32,000 nt of DNA from Trichlorobacter lovleyi SZ (GTDB taxonomy: Bacteria > Desulfobacterota > Desulfuromonadia > Geobacterales > Pseudopelobacteraceae): assembly GCF_000020385.1 (NCBI RefSeq), contig NC_010814.1, positions 1,860,001 to 1,892,000 of the forward strand, given 5' to 3'. Shown piece after piece: positions 18,208 to 26,215 of this stretch. The notes under the pieces were generated by a model. That model ran no database searches. It was given only the letters and a program-made list of their open reading frames with translations, and was not told the DNA's origin. How positions within the stretch are numbered: the stretch's first letter is position 1; each line of letters opens with the position of its first letter. The position numbers and the translations under genes were made by a program.

Positions 18208-19271
18208 GTCCGGCAAGCCTGATTCCCGTTGCTGACACCTTAACCGCCCCGAATGGCTGGTTTCAGTTTTTTCTAATGCTGACTTTTCCCCTGCACCTGT
18301 TTGCCATGAATGCCATGCTGGGGGCCGGACTGGTAGCCTTTATCAGCCATCTGTATCCAGGACGGGCATACCATGAGCTTTCCCATCAATTGGCCAAGGC
18401 GTTGCCGTTTCTCGTTGCTTTTACCATCAATCTGGGGGTGGCCCCGTTGTTGTTTGTCAACGTTATTTACGGTCATCTGCTGTACTCAAGCACCGTATTA
18501 ATGGGACTGTATTGGCTTGCGGTGATTCCGATCCTGATTGTTGCCTATTATCTGACCTATATCTATGACTTCAGTTTTAGAAAGCTGGGTAATCTGGCCA
18601 TGTTCGTACTGCTGGCAGTGTTGGCGCTGTTGCTGACAGTCGGCTTTATCTTTTCCAACAATATGAGCATGATGATCGCTCCAGCCAGCTGGAGTCGCTG
18701 GTTTACCACTCCTGGCGGTACCCTGCTGAATCTGGCTGACCCAACCTTGATGCCTCGCTATCTGCATATGATCACCGGCTCGCTCGCTGTGGGCGGCCTG
18801 TTTACCGCGTTGTATTCAGCGACACTGTTGAAGTCTACCCCCGAAGTCTCCAAGGCGGGCCGGAAACTGGGTATGCAGCTTTTTACATGGTTGACGCTGT
18901 TGCAACTTGGCGTCGGAACCTGGTTTCTACTGTCTCTCCCCAAGGCAACCATGCTTCGGTTCATGGGGGGAGGTCCTATTGCAACAGCCTTGCTGGTAAT
19001 CGGTGTGCTGTTGGCTGTGGCAACGCTGCTAACCGGTTTCAAGCAGCTGGTCCTGCCTACTGTCTGGCTGACCCTGCCGTTGGTCTATGTCATGTCATTT
19101 ATGCGTGATGTTGTTCGAGGCAACTTCTTGGCCCCCTATTTTAACCCGACCACTGTGCCGGTACAGATACAGTGGTCACCGTTAATCTTTTTCCTGGTGA
19201 CCCTGGCGCTGGGGATTGGACTGGTCGCGTGGATGCTTATTAGATTAATAAATACTAAAAAAGCCTGTTAA
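18204..19271 (+). CDS. Polytopic membrane protein (about 9 helices); possible CydB-like partner subunit
   Basis: 355 aa, ATGA-overlapped with the upstream gene (18204-18207). I count nine hydrophobic segments by eye. The CydB-like suggestion rests only on size, topology and position, with no diagnostic motif. Confidence 0.6.
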   Translation: MSPASLIPVADTLTAPNGWFQFFLMLTFPLHLFAMNAMLGAGLVAFISHLYPGRAYHELSHQLAKALPFLVAFTINLGVAPLLFVNVIYGHLLYSSTVLMGLYWLAVIPILIVAYYLTYIYDFSFRKLGNLAMFVLLAVLALLLTVGFIFSNNMSMMIAPASWSRWFTTPGGTLLNLADPTLMPRYLHMITGSLAVGGLFTALYSATLLKSTPEVSKAGRKLGMQLFTWLTLLQLGVGTWFLLSLPKATMLRFMGGGPIATALLVIGVLLAVATLLTGFKQLVLPTVWLTLPLVYVMSFMRDVVRGNFLAPYFNPTTVPVQIQWSPLIFFLVTLALGIGLVAWMLIRLINTKKAC

Positions 19272-19310
19272 AACGGACTTTAATGGTCTTTTGTCGCTGT
19301 ATACAGATTG

Positions 19311-19342
19311 TTGACATCAAGATATAGATATGTTCTTATAAA
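19311..19342 (+). promoter_or_regulatory. Weak candidate promoter upstream of the octahaem cytochrome gene
   Basis: TTGACA lies at 19311-19316. Downstream there are only imperfect -10 options: TCTTAT with a 17-nt spacer, or TATAAA with a 20-nt spacer. An AGATAT AGATAT direct repeat sits in the spacer. Confidence 0.2.
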
Positions 19343-19416
19343 GTGATTTTGTTATCTGCCATGCTCGGCAACAGGTGCCGGGCTCACTATACGCAGGACA
19401 ACGAAAGGGGAAGGGT

Positions 19417-20883
19417 ATGAAGGGTTTTAAAGGAATGGTGGTGATGTTGACCGCTGCTCTGGTTCTGGTTTCGTTCCAGGCCTTTGCCGGTCCGGATCAC
19501 ACTGAGTTCGTCAAAGGGCCGTTCAAAAAGGGCCAGGATGTCACCAAGGTCTGTCTGGAATGCCATGAAAAGCAAGCCGCTGACGTGATGAAGACCGCTC
19601 ACTGGAAGTGGGAAGGTACTCCGAACCATGTCAAGGGTATGGAGAAGAGCACAAAGACCTTTGGTAAGAAGAACATGATCAACAACTTCTGTACCACGGT
19701 TTTCCCCGGTCCTGACGGTATTGCCCATGAATCCTGCAGCAAGTGCCATGCCGGTTACGGCTGGACCCGTTCAAAATTTGATTTTAACGACAAGACCCGT
19801 GTTGACTGTCTGGTCTGCCATGCCCAGAAAGGCAACTATGCCCGCGCCGGTGTTGGCGCAGATGTTGACACCAAGGCCATGGAAAAAGGTTCCATGAACC
19901 TTGAACTGGCAGCTCAAAGTGTTGGCAAACCCAGCCTGAAAAACTGTGGTGTTTGTCACTTCTACGGCGGCGGCGGTGATGCCGTCAAGGTGCCGGGCCT
20001 GGATTCAACCCTTGAAGCTGCTCCAAAAGAGCAGGATGTGCATATGGCTAAGAAGGAGAAGGGTGGCGCAGGCCTGCTTTGCCAGGATTGCCACAAGACC
20101 AAGGATCATGCCATTGCCGGTCGTTCCAGCCAGATGGCTCACTATGAAGCCAAGGTTGAGTGTACTGACTGTCACAGCGGTGCCAAGGCTCCTCACCAGA
20201 AATCAAAGAACAAGGCTATCCTGGACAAGCACACCGCCTCTGTGGCCTGCCAGACCTGCCACATTCCTACTATTTCCCGTGGTCAAGCAACCAAGACCAT
20301 GTGGAACTGGTCTGATGTCGGCAAGAGCATCAAGGCAGAAGAAGAGTTTGATCGTGAGACTTTTGCCAAGCACAAGGGCACCTTCAAGTACAACATGAAT
20401 TACGTTCCTACCTATGCCTGGTATAATGGCCAGATCGAGCGTTATATGCTGGGCGACAAGATCAAGGATCCGTCCAAGCCGGTCAACATCACCAAGCCTG
20501 CTGGTGACATCAAGGACAAGACTGCCAAGATTTATCCGTACAAGTTCTACACCGGTACCCAGCCGATGGACAGCAAGTTCAAGTACCTGAATACCTTCCA
20601 GCAGTACAAGGAGCTGTGGGTGAACTTTGACTGGGAAAAGGCACTGGTAAACGGTGCAAAGAGCCCTGAAGGTCTGCCGTACAGCGGTAAGTACCAGTTT
20701 GTGAAAACCCAGTCCTGGCTGAGTGCTGGTCATGAGGTTGCTCCGAAAGAGCAGGCACTGCAGTGCGGTGAGTGCCACATGGGTGCCAAGCGGATGGACT
20801 GGGCTGCTTTGGGCTACAAAGGCGACCCAATGCAGGTTGGCGGCCGTTCGGTAGAAAAGGCTGCAAAGAAGAAAAAGAAGTAA
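19417..20883 (+). CDS. Periplasmic octahaem c-type cytochrome (Otr/tetrathionate-reductase-like octahaem family suspected)
   Basis: I chose the start MKGFKGMVVMLTAALVLVSFQAFA|GP, which gives a signal peptide and has GAAAGGGGAAGGG upstream. Eight CxxCH motifs are present: CLECH, CSKCH, CLVCH, CGVCH, CQDCH, CTDCH, CQTCH and CGECH. At about 490 aa with 8 haems, the size fits Otr-type enzymes. The family call is from memory and was not searched. Confidence 0.85.
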   Translation: MKGFKGMVVMLTAALVLVSFQAFAGPDHTEFVKGPFKKGQDVTKVCLECHEKQAADVMKTAHWKWEGTPNHVKGMEKSTKTFGKKNMINNFCTTVFPGPDGIAHESCSKCHAGYGWTRSKFDFNDKTRVDCLVCHAQKGNYARAGVGADVDTKAMEKGSMNLELAAQSVGKPSLKNCGVCHFYGGGGDAVKVPGLDSTLEAAPKEQDVHMAKKEKGGAGLLCQDCHKTKDHAIAGRSSQMAHYEAKVECTDCHSGAKAPHQKSKNKAILDKHTASVACQTCHIPTISRGQATKTMWNWSDVGKSIKAEEEFDRETFAKHKGTFKYNMNYVPTYAWYNGQIERYMLGDKIKDPSKPVNITKPAGDIKDKTAKIYPYKFYTGTQPMDSKFKYLNTFQQYKELWVNFDWEKALVNGAKSPEGLPYSGKYQFVKTQSWLSAGHEVAPKEQALQCGECHMGAKRMDWAALGYKGDPMQVGGRSVEKAAKKKKK

Positions 20884-20906
20884 AATATCGCTTGTCAGTG
20901 TGAGAG

Positions 20907-20940
20907 AAAGGCCGTCCGATATTGTCGGGCGGCCTTTTTT
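20907..20940 (+). terminator. Intrinsic terminator after the octahaem cytochrome gene
   Basis: AAAGGCCGTCCGA-tattg-TCGGGCGGCCTTT is followed by TTT(T), starting 24 nt after the stop codon. Confidence 0.8.
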
Positions 20941-20977
20941 CGTGCTAGAGTTTTTTACAGCAAAATGGGAGGCGGCG

Positions 20978-21394
20978 ATGGATAAAAACATACTTGCCGT
21001 AATGGTCATGATTATCCTGTTAGGTACCGGCTGTGCGGCAAAAAGGCCGGTACTCTATCCCAATGAGTTGTATCGGTCTGGAGGTGCGGAAAAGGCACGT
21101 CAGGAGATTGATAGCTGCCTGAAGCTGGCTGAAGAAGCTGATACACAAGGGCGTCTGGCTGAAGAGGTTGCGGCAAAAACCGGTAAATCGGCCCTTGTCG
21201 GTGGTGCGACCGGCGCCGTTGTCGGTGCCATTACCGGATCTGCCCTACGTGGAGGTCTGATCGGTGCTGCAGCCGGCGGCACTGCCGCATTGGTGAGCAG
21301 CGCTATAAAAACGCCTGAAGACTCTCCTGTTTTCAGGCGGTTCGTTGAGATCTGCCTGTATGAGAAGGGCTATCAGGTTCTGGGCTGGCAGTGA
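20978..21394 (+). CDS. Small lipoprotein with a glycine-zipper segment
   Basis: I chose the start MDKNILAVMVMIILLGTGC, which gives a lipobox Cys and has GGGAGGCGG as SD. The Gly-zipper reads GGATGAVVGAITGSALRGGLIGAAAGGTAAL, and the C-terminus is CLYEKGYQVLGWQ. The track ORF begins at 20900. Confidence 0.72.
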   Translation: MDKNILAVMVMIILLGTGCAAKRPVLYPNELYRSGGAEKARQEIDSCLKLAEEADTQGRLAEEVAAKTGKSALVGGATGAVVGAITGSALRGGLIGAAAGGTAALVSSAIKTPEDSPVFRRFVEICLYEKGYQVLGWQ

Positions 21395-21406
21395 TACTGC
21401 GCTATT

Positions 21407-22552
21407 CTATTGGCCTTGGGAGGGGGTTCTCCCGATCTTCTTGAGATATTCGCCAAATCCCTTTTCAAAGATCAGTTCAATCTCATTTTTTGGCCGGTTT
21501 TCAGCATAGTTTTTGAAATACACAGCCATGCTGATCAGGGCGATGATGACAACGCTAACGGTGAGAATGGTTTTAATCAACAGCTTCAGCCGTTGCTCTG
21601 GGGGGACGTCAGGCTGAGGTGCTTCGGGGCCGCTACGGAAGAGATAATGTTCTCGCATCTGCCTGATACGTTTTAATTGGACATTTGAGATGTAGCTGAC
21701 AATGGCATCCCGGTCCCGTTCTTCAACAAACTTGAACTTGAGCCCGGTGTTGTAACTGGTGCGATTGAACTGCTTGCTGGCAGCATAGTTTTCATTGGCA
21801 AAGGCAACAATACAAACAGCATCAATTATCTGCGGCTCAGGTTCACTGGGTAGATAAATTTCGAGCGGGACCAGGGTGTTCTCTTCAAATTTGTGGTGTA
21901 AGAGCATCCGGACCCCGCCGCCACTGATGTTTGCAGCCAGCGGGATGACGTCATCCCAACTGTGATCCCTGCTGTCATCCTCGCCTGGATCAGGTTGTTC
22001 AAGGCCTTCTCCGCTGTCCTCCCAGCTGCCTTCATCGCCCAGCTCTTCCGACGGCAGTTCTTCGTTCTGAGGGGCTTTGCGCAGTCGCTCCCAGGGCTTT
22101 TTCGCCTGTTGTCTCCGTTCCATTTCCGCTGCAAGACGTGCCTCCCGTTTCTCTTTCCAGGCAGCCTTCAACTTGACTTCGCTCTGCTCACTGCTGATGA
22201 AATATTTGATCGGTAGAAAGGCGTCAATCCGGTAGAATTCCCGCAACTCAGAGGAGACGATTTCACCGATCAGCCGCAGCAGCACTTCACGTTTGAAACC
22301 TTCGGTAACAATTATGGCACGGCATGAGTAGCCGGAAACCTCATTGCCGGTCCGGATATCCAGGATGGTGCCTACTAATAGTTTAACACCTGCAGGAAGT
22401 GTGTCGCGGGAGAGCTGGAGAGAAATCAGGTCTTCATCAATGGAATGGATGATGGCCCAGTCGTGAAACGTGTCGCCGCCGGGTACCGGGATGCCGACAT
22501 TGACCTTCAACCCGACAGGAAAGTGCGCAAGGTATTGATCAAAATCGCTCAT
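21407..22552 (-). CDS. PilZ-domain c-di-GMP receptor candidate with a long charged insertion and a C-terminal membrane anchor
   Basis: 381 aa. The RxxxR motif is REFYR (22229-22243). The (D/N)xSxxG motif is NISGGG (21914-21931). A TM helix LLIKTILTVSVVIIALISMAVYF lies near the C-terminus. Confidence 0.78.
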   Translation of the reverse strand: MSDFDQYLAHFPVGLKVNVGIPVPGGDTFHDWAIIHSIDEDLISLQLSRDTLPAGVKLLVGTILDIRTGNEVSGYSCRAIIVTEGFKREVLLRLIGEIVSSELREFYRIDAFLPIKYFISSEQSEVKLKAAWKEKREARLAAEMERRQQAKKPWERLRKAPQNEELPSEELGDEGSWEDSGEGLEQPDPGEDDSRDHSWDDVIPLAANISGGGVRMLLHHKFEENTLVPLEIYLPSEPEPQIIDAVCIVAFANENYAASKQFNRTSYNTGLKFKFVEERDRDAIVSYISNVQLKRIRQMREHYLFRSGPEAPQPDVPPEQRLKLLIKTILTVSVVIIALISMAVYFKNYAENRPKNEIELIFEKGFGEYLKKIGRTPSQGQ

Positions 22553-22567
22553 GGAGGCTCCGGTTAA

Positions 22568-22768
22568 TCAGGCTGGAGTGATAACGGTACGGTTTAGTTC
22601 TTCCAGTAGGGCCTCAATATCAAGTTTGTGATGCCCGGCCCCATGTTCAAGGGTTTCCAGGTCGGCTATCTGACATTCATAGCATTCCAGCCCGTGACGG
22701 GCAAAAACCTGTACCGTGGCAGGGTGTTGCCTGATGATGTCGCCGATAATCATGTCTTTGGTGATCAT
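22568..22768 (-). CDS. DUF1858-domain small protein (hybrid-cluster-protein-associated redox disulfide type)
   Basis: MITKDMIIGDIIRQHPATVQVFARHGLECYECQIADLETLEHGAGHHKLDIEALLEELN matches the DUF1858 pattern (ITKDM.I.E....P....VF...G..C..C......T.EEA....G.D...L...LN). I chose M5 as the start because GAGG lies 6 nt upstream; the track ORF extends to 22780. Confidence 0.72.
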   Translation of the reverse strand: MITKDMIIGDIIRQHPATVQVFARHGLECYECQIADLETLEHGAGHHKLDIEALLEELNRTVITPA

Positions 22769-22788
22769 AGCCGGCCTCATGATGGGTT

Positions 22789-22814
22789 AAAAAAGGGGAC
22801 GCAGAAGCGTCCCC
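22789..22814 (-). terminator. Intrinsic terminator after the aminotransferase gene
   Basis: On the minus strand, GGGGACGC-ttct-GCGTCCCC is followed by TTTTTT, about 10 nt after the stop codon. Confidence 0.75.
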
Positions 22815-22823
22815 GGCTTGAAT

Positions 22824-24023
22824 TTATTTCAGGTTCTTGATCGCTTCTTCAATGCGATCCATTCCCTTTTTGATGTTTTCCATGCTGATGGCGTAAGAGA
22901 GGCGGGCGTAGCGGTCATCGCCAAAGGCAACGCCGGGAACCAAAGCCACTTTTGCGTCTTCCAGCAGGTAAGCGGCAAAGTCGGAAGAGGTCTCGATCTT
23001 TTTGCCGCCCGGAGTTGTCTTGCCGTATACCCCTGAAAAGTTGGGGAAGACGTAGAAGGCGCCGTTTGACTTGAAGCAGGAAACACCCGGCATGGCGTTC
23101 AGCCGCTCCACAATGTAGGTGCGCCGCTTCTCGAACTCAACACACATGGCTGCAACCGGCTCCTGGGGGCCGTTCAGCGCCTCAACGGAGGCCTTCTGGG
23201 CAATCGATGTGGCGTTACTGGTTGATTGGGACTGCATCTTGGTCATGGCAGCCATCAGCTCTTTGGGGCCGCAGGCGTAGCCGATCCGCCAGCCGGTCAT
23301 GGCGTAGGTCTTGGAAACGCCGTTGACTACAATGGTCCGTGATTTAAGGGCCGGTACCACCTGGGCAATATTGTAGAAGCTCAGACCGTCATAGATCAGT
23401 CGCTCATAGATATCATCGGCAACAACCAGCACGTGCTCATGCTTCAGCAGTACTTCACCCAGCGCAGCCAGTTCTTCTTTGCTGTAGGTGGAACCGGTCG
23501 GGTTGCAGGGTGAGTTCAGGATCAGGTAACGGGTCTTGGGGGTGATCGCCTTGTCAAGCTGTTCAGGGGTGATCTTGAAGCCGGTGGACTCGTCAGTCAT
23601 GATAAAAACCGGTGTGCCGCCGGCCAGTACGATCTGGTCAGGGTAGGAGACCCAGTAGGGACCCGGGATGATGACTTCATCACCTTCCTGGATCAGGGCT
23701 TGGGAGATGTTGTACAGGGTGTGCTTGGCGCCGCAGGCTACGGAGATCTCGTCGCGGGTATATTCCAGATTATGATCCCGCTTCATCTTGGCGATGATGG
23801 CGTCTTTCAGGTCATCGGCGCCGCCAACCGGCATGTAGCGGGTAAAACCGGCGTCAATAGCCTTCTTGCCGGCTTCGCGAATATGTGCTGGGGTGTCAAA
23901 GTCAGGCTCGCCGGCCCCGAAACCGACGACATCAACCCCTTGGGCTTTAAGTGCTTTTGCCTTGGCATCAATGGCAAGGGTAGGGGATGGCTGGATTTTG
24001 TTAACGCGATCTGCGAGTTTCAT
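22824..24023 (-). CDS. Aspartate aminotransferase (class I PLP-dependent aminotransferase)
   Basis: 399 aa. It carries GEPDFDTP, NSPCNPTG, the PLP-lysine motif SKTYAMTGWRIGY, and R.SY near the C-terminus. Confidence 0.92.
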   Translation of the reverse strand: MKLADRVNKIQPSPTLAIDAKAKALKAQGVDVVGFGAGEPDFDTPAHIREAGKKAIDAGFTRYMPVGGADDLKDAIIAKMKRDHNLEYTRDEISVACGAKHTLYNISQALIQEGDEVIIPGPYWVSYPDQIVLAGGTPVFIMTDESTGFKITPEQLDKAITPKTRYLILNSPCNPTGSTYSKEELAALGEVLLKHEHVLVVADDIYERLIYDGLSFYNIAQVVPALKSRTIVVNGVSKTYAMTGWRIGYACGPKELMAAMTKMQSQSTSNATSIAQKASVEALNGPQEPVAAMCVEFEKRRTYIVERLNAMPGVSCFKSNGAFYVFPNFSGVYGKTTPGGKKIETSSDFAAYLLEDAKVALVPGVAFGDDRYARLSYAISMENIKKGMDRIEEAIKNLK

Positions 24024-24070
24024 GTTGCCTCCTTGGTCTGATTGGATAATGTGTGAAGCAAACTTAAATG

Positions 24071-24565
24071 TTATCGGTTTAAACCGTATTTCTGCTGCAT
24101 GGCAGTTTTTACTTCCGGTGGTACAAAGCTGTCAACCGGCCCCCTCAGTGAGCAGACCTCTCTGACAATTGATGATGAAAGATAGCCATACTGAACCGAG
24201 GTCATCATAAACAGGGTCTCTATGTCGCGGCCTATGGTACTGTTCATCTGGGCAATCTGGAATTCGTACTCAAAATCGGAAATGGCCCGTAACCCCCGGA
24301 TGACCACGTGCGCTTCTTTTGAAGCTACATAATCTATCAGAAGGCCGGTAAAGGTGTCAACGGAGACCCGTGGTTCATCCTTCAGGACGGTTTTAATCAG
24401 GTCAACCCGTTCCTCGATGTTAAAGAGCGCATTTTTTTGAGAGTTGCGCGCAACAGCCACGATTACATGTTTGAAGATCTTCAGTCCGCGCTGGATGATA
24501 TCAAGATGACCATAGGTGATCGGGTCAAATGAACCGGGGTAGATGGCAATGCGGCTATGGGGCAT
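24071..24565 (-). CDS. coaD: Pantetheine-phosphate adenylyltransferase
   Basis: I chose the start MPHSRIAIYPGSFDPITYGHLDII, which contains the T/HxGH motif, with internal ISDFEYE and SSSIVRE. The longer track ORF (to 24724) would run through rsmD. The gene overlaps the rsmD 3' end by 11 nt. Confidence 0.93.
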   Translation of the reverse strand: MPHSRIAIYPGSFDPITYGHLDIIQRGLKIFKHVIVAVARNSQKNALFNIEERVDLIKTVLKDEPRVSVDTFTGLLIDYVASKEAHVVIRGLRAISDFEYEFQIAQMNSTIGRDIETLFMMTSVQYGYLSSSIVREVCSLRGPVDSFVPPEVKTAMQQKYGLNR

Positions 24566-25124
24566 GACGTTGCTCCATGGTGTAGAGTTCAAGGGCGGTA
24601 TCGCCGTAGATACGTCGGTCCGAGCGATTGCAGGGGCCGATCCGTTCAGGTAGCGGCGTGCGCGCAGCTGCCTCTGCAACCACCAGGCCGTCTGCAGCAA
24701 GCAGTGCCGATCCTGCAAGCTCAATCACTTTTTGATGCAATCCCGCCTGGTAGGGAGGGTCCAGCAGTATCAGGTCAAAACAGACCTTTTGCCGCACAAG
24801 GCGTTCAAGTGCCTGCAGGCAGTCAAAAGGTAGCACCTCGGCACGATCACTGAATCCGGTATGTCCCAGATTCAATCGTAACGACTCAAGGGCATGCCGG
24901 TCTTTTTCTATAAAAGTGACCTGCTCTGCGCCTCTTGAAAGCGCCTCGATGCCGAGTGAGCCGCTTCCGGCAAACAGATCAAGTACCCGCATGCCATCCA
25001 GGCGGCCGGCACTGTCCAGCAGGCTGAAAAGTGCCTCTTTGACACGGTCACTGGTGGGACGCGTCGTTGTTCCGCGGGGGGCTGTCAGCCTCATTCCCCT
25101 GGCTTTTCCGGCAATAACCCGCAC
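24555..25124 (-). CDS. rsmD: 16S rRNA (guanine966-N2)-methyltransferase RsmD
   Basis: 189 aa with a GTG start. It reads MRVIAGKARGMRL....TRPTSDRVKEALFS, has the SAM site DLFAGSG.LG.EALSRGA, and the DPPY motif. Confidence 0.9.
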   Translation of the reverse strand: MRVIAGKARGMRLTAPRGTTTRPTSDRVKEALFSLLDSAGRLDGMRVLDLFAGSGSLGIEALSRGAEQVTFIEKDRHALESLRLNLGHTGFSDRAEVLPFDCLQALERLVRQKVCFDLILLDPPYQAGLHQKVIELAGSALLAADGLVVAEAAARTPLPERIGPCNRSDRRIYGDTALELYTMEQRHAP

Positions 25125-25268
25125 ATGCAGCCTTTCGTGAACAGTCGTGCCTGTTTATGCAGCAAAAACAGGTTGAATTCCACTTTTTTAATCAATCGGT
25201 ACCCTACCCGACGTAGTGGAGGCTGTCAAGGAACGAAACTACCCTTTTCAATACCGGCAACAGTCTGC

Positions 25269-25286
25269 TATAGTGCGCGCACTATA
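25269..25286. promoter_or_regulatory. Perfect 18-bp palindrome overlapping a TATAAT box upstream of the HDOD gene (candidate operator)
   Basis: TATAGTGCGCGCACTATA is its own reverse complement. Its right arm runs into TATAAT (25284-25289), 27 nt upstream of the ATG at 25316. Confidence 0.4.
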
Positions 25287-25315
25287 ATACGATTTGATTG
25301 GTTTCAGGAGTTTAC

Positions 25316-26209
25316 ATGCCCATGAGTTTGACCCCGCTGAGCACTGCCCAGGCCATCATGAAGACCTTCAAAGTCCTGCCAACGGTACCGGCTGCGGCTT
25401 CACGTGCCATACAGTTGTTGAATGAATCGGAAGTTGATATGGGGGAGGTAGCTGATATCCTGCTGGCAGACCAGGTCATGGCCGCCCGGGTGATCAGGAT
25501 TGTCAATTCGCCGCTCTACAAGCTGCTGCAGGAGATTGACTCTGTACGTCAGGCCCTGATCTATCTGGGGCCACAGCGGGTGTTTGAAATCATCCTGACC
25601 TCATGTTTTCTCGAACTTACGGACTCACAGAGCCGGACTCCGTTAAAGATGCAGTCCTGCTGGGAACATGCCTTTGGCGTTGGACTGGTTGCCAAAAAAC
25701 TTGCCTCCTTCAGTGATGACATTCCCCAGGACCAGGCCTATATTGCCGGGATTTTGCATGATATCGGAGAAGTAATACTCAGCCAGCAGCGTCGTGACGA
25801 ATTCACCCGTGTGCTGGTGCTGGCACGTGAGCGGGAGTTGGATCTCTATCAGGCTGAGATGAAGGTTTTTGGCACCAGCCATGCTGAAGTAGGAGCCCTG
25901 TTGGCTGAGCAATGGCGCTTTCCTGAAGTGTATATTGATGTCATCAGGAACCACCATGGGCTGCAGAGTGGCAACATGTCTACGTTGACCCGCCTTGTCC
26001 ATATTGCGGATCAGATCTGCCTGAATGTCGGATTCTGTTGTAAGTATGGAAATGCCGAGCAGCGCGAAGGGCAGGTCTATGGTATTGATATGCTGGACCT
26101 GGAACGGCAGTTGAGCAGCCTGGGGGTCAAGCGGCTGTCGGACTTCCGTGCGTCGTTGGCGGAGCTGGTGCAGCAGGTCAAGCAGACCGTTGAGTCGATC
26201 TATGGCTGA
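25316..26209 (+). CDS. HDOD-domain signalling protein
   Basis: I chose the start MPMSLTPL, with CAGGAG 5 nt upstream. HDOD hallmarks are present: LPTVPAAASRAIQLLN....D..EVADIL..D..MAARVIRIVNSPLY, GILHDIGEVIL and HAEVGALLAEQWRFPE..IDVIRNHH. Confidence 0.85.
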   Translation: MPMSLTPLSTAQAIMKTFKVLPTVPAAASRAIQLLNESEVDMGEVADILLADQVMAARVIRIVNSPLYKLLQEIDSVRQALIYLGPQRVFEIILTSCFLELTDSQSRTPLKMQSCWEHAFGVGLVAKKLASFSDDIPQDQAYIAGILHDIGEVILSQQRRDEFTRVLVLARERELDLYQAEMKVFGTSHAEVGALLAEQWRFPEVYIDVIRNHHGLQSGNMSTLTRLVHIADQICLNVGFCCKYGNAEQREGQVYGIDMLDLERQLSSLGVKRLSDFRASLAELVQQVKQTVESIYG

Positions 26210-26215
26210 TGCCCG

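Noticed and set aside
17116-18216. 366-aa minus-strand ORF antisense to the membrane cytochrome
   Set aside because: The plus-strand frame has CxxCH motifs, duplicated domains and TM helices. The antisense product is Gly/Arg/Gln-rich with no motif.
19272-19416. c-di-GMP/cGAMP (GEMM-I) riboswitch upstream of the octahaem cytochrome, as is common in Geobacter
   Set aside because: I could not find the conserved ACGCAAAGC-type core or the paired P1/P2 tetraloop-receptor architecture in this 145-nt region. A covariance-model scan would be decisive.
20203-21009. 268-aa minus-strand ORF antisense to the octahaem cytochrome gene
   Set aside because: It is a shadow ORF that crosses the plus-strand terminator and the lipoprotein start. 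The plus-strand frame has eight haem motifs.
24566-24724. N-terminal extension of the coaD ORF; similar upstream extensions occur at 27627-27731, 30070-30138, 19375-19416, 20900-20977 and 11099-11152
   Set aside because: These extensions overlap neighbouring genes or terminators and lack SD sequences. The internal starts give canonical family N-termini preceded by good SD sequences.
25150-25172. Hairpin CCTGTTT-N9-AAACAGG in the rsmD / HDOD divergent region, possibly an sRNA or attenuator
   Set aside because: The stem is only 7 bp and AT-rich, no upstream plus-strand gene needs terminating, and there is no adjacent U-tract. The evidence is insufficient.
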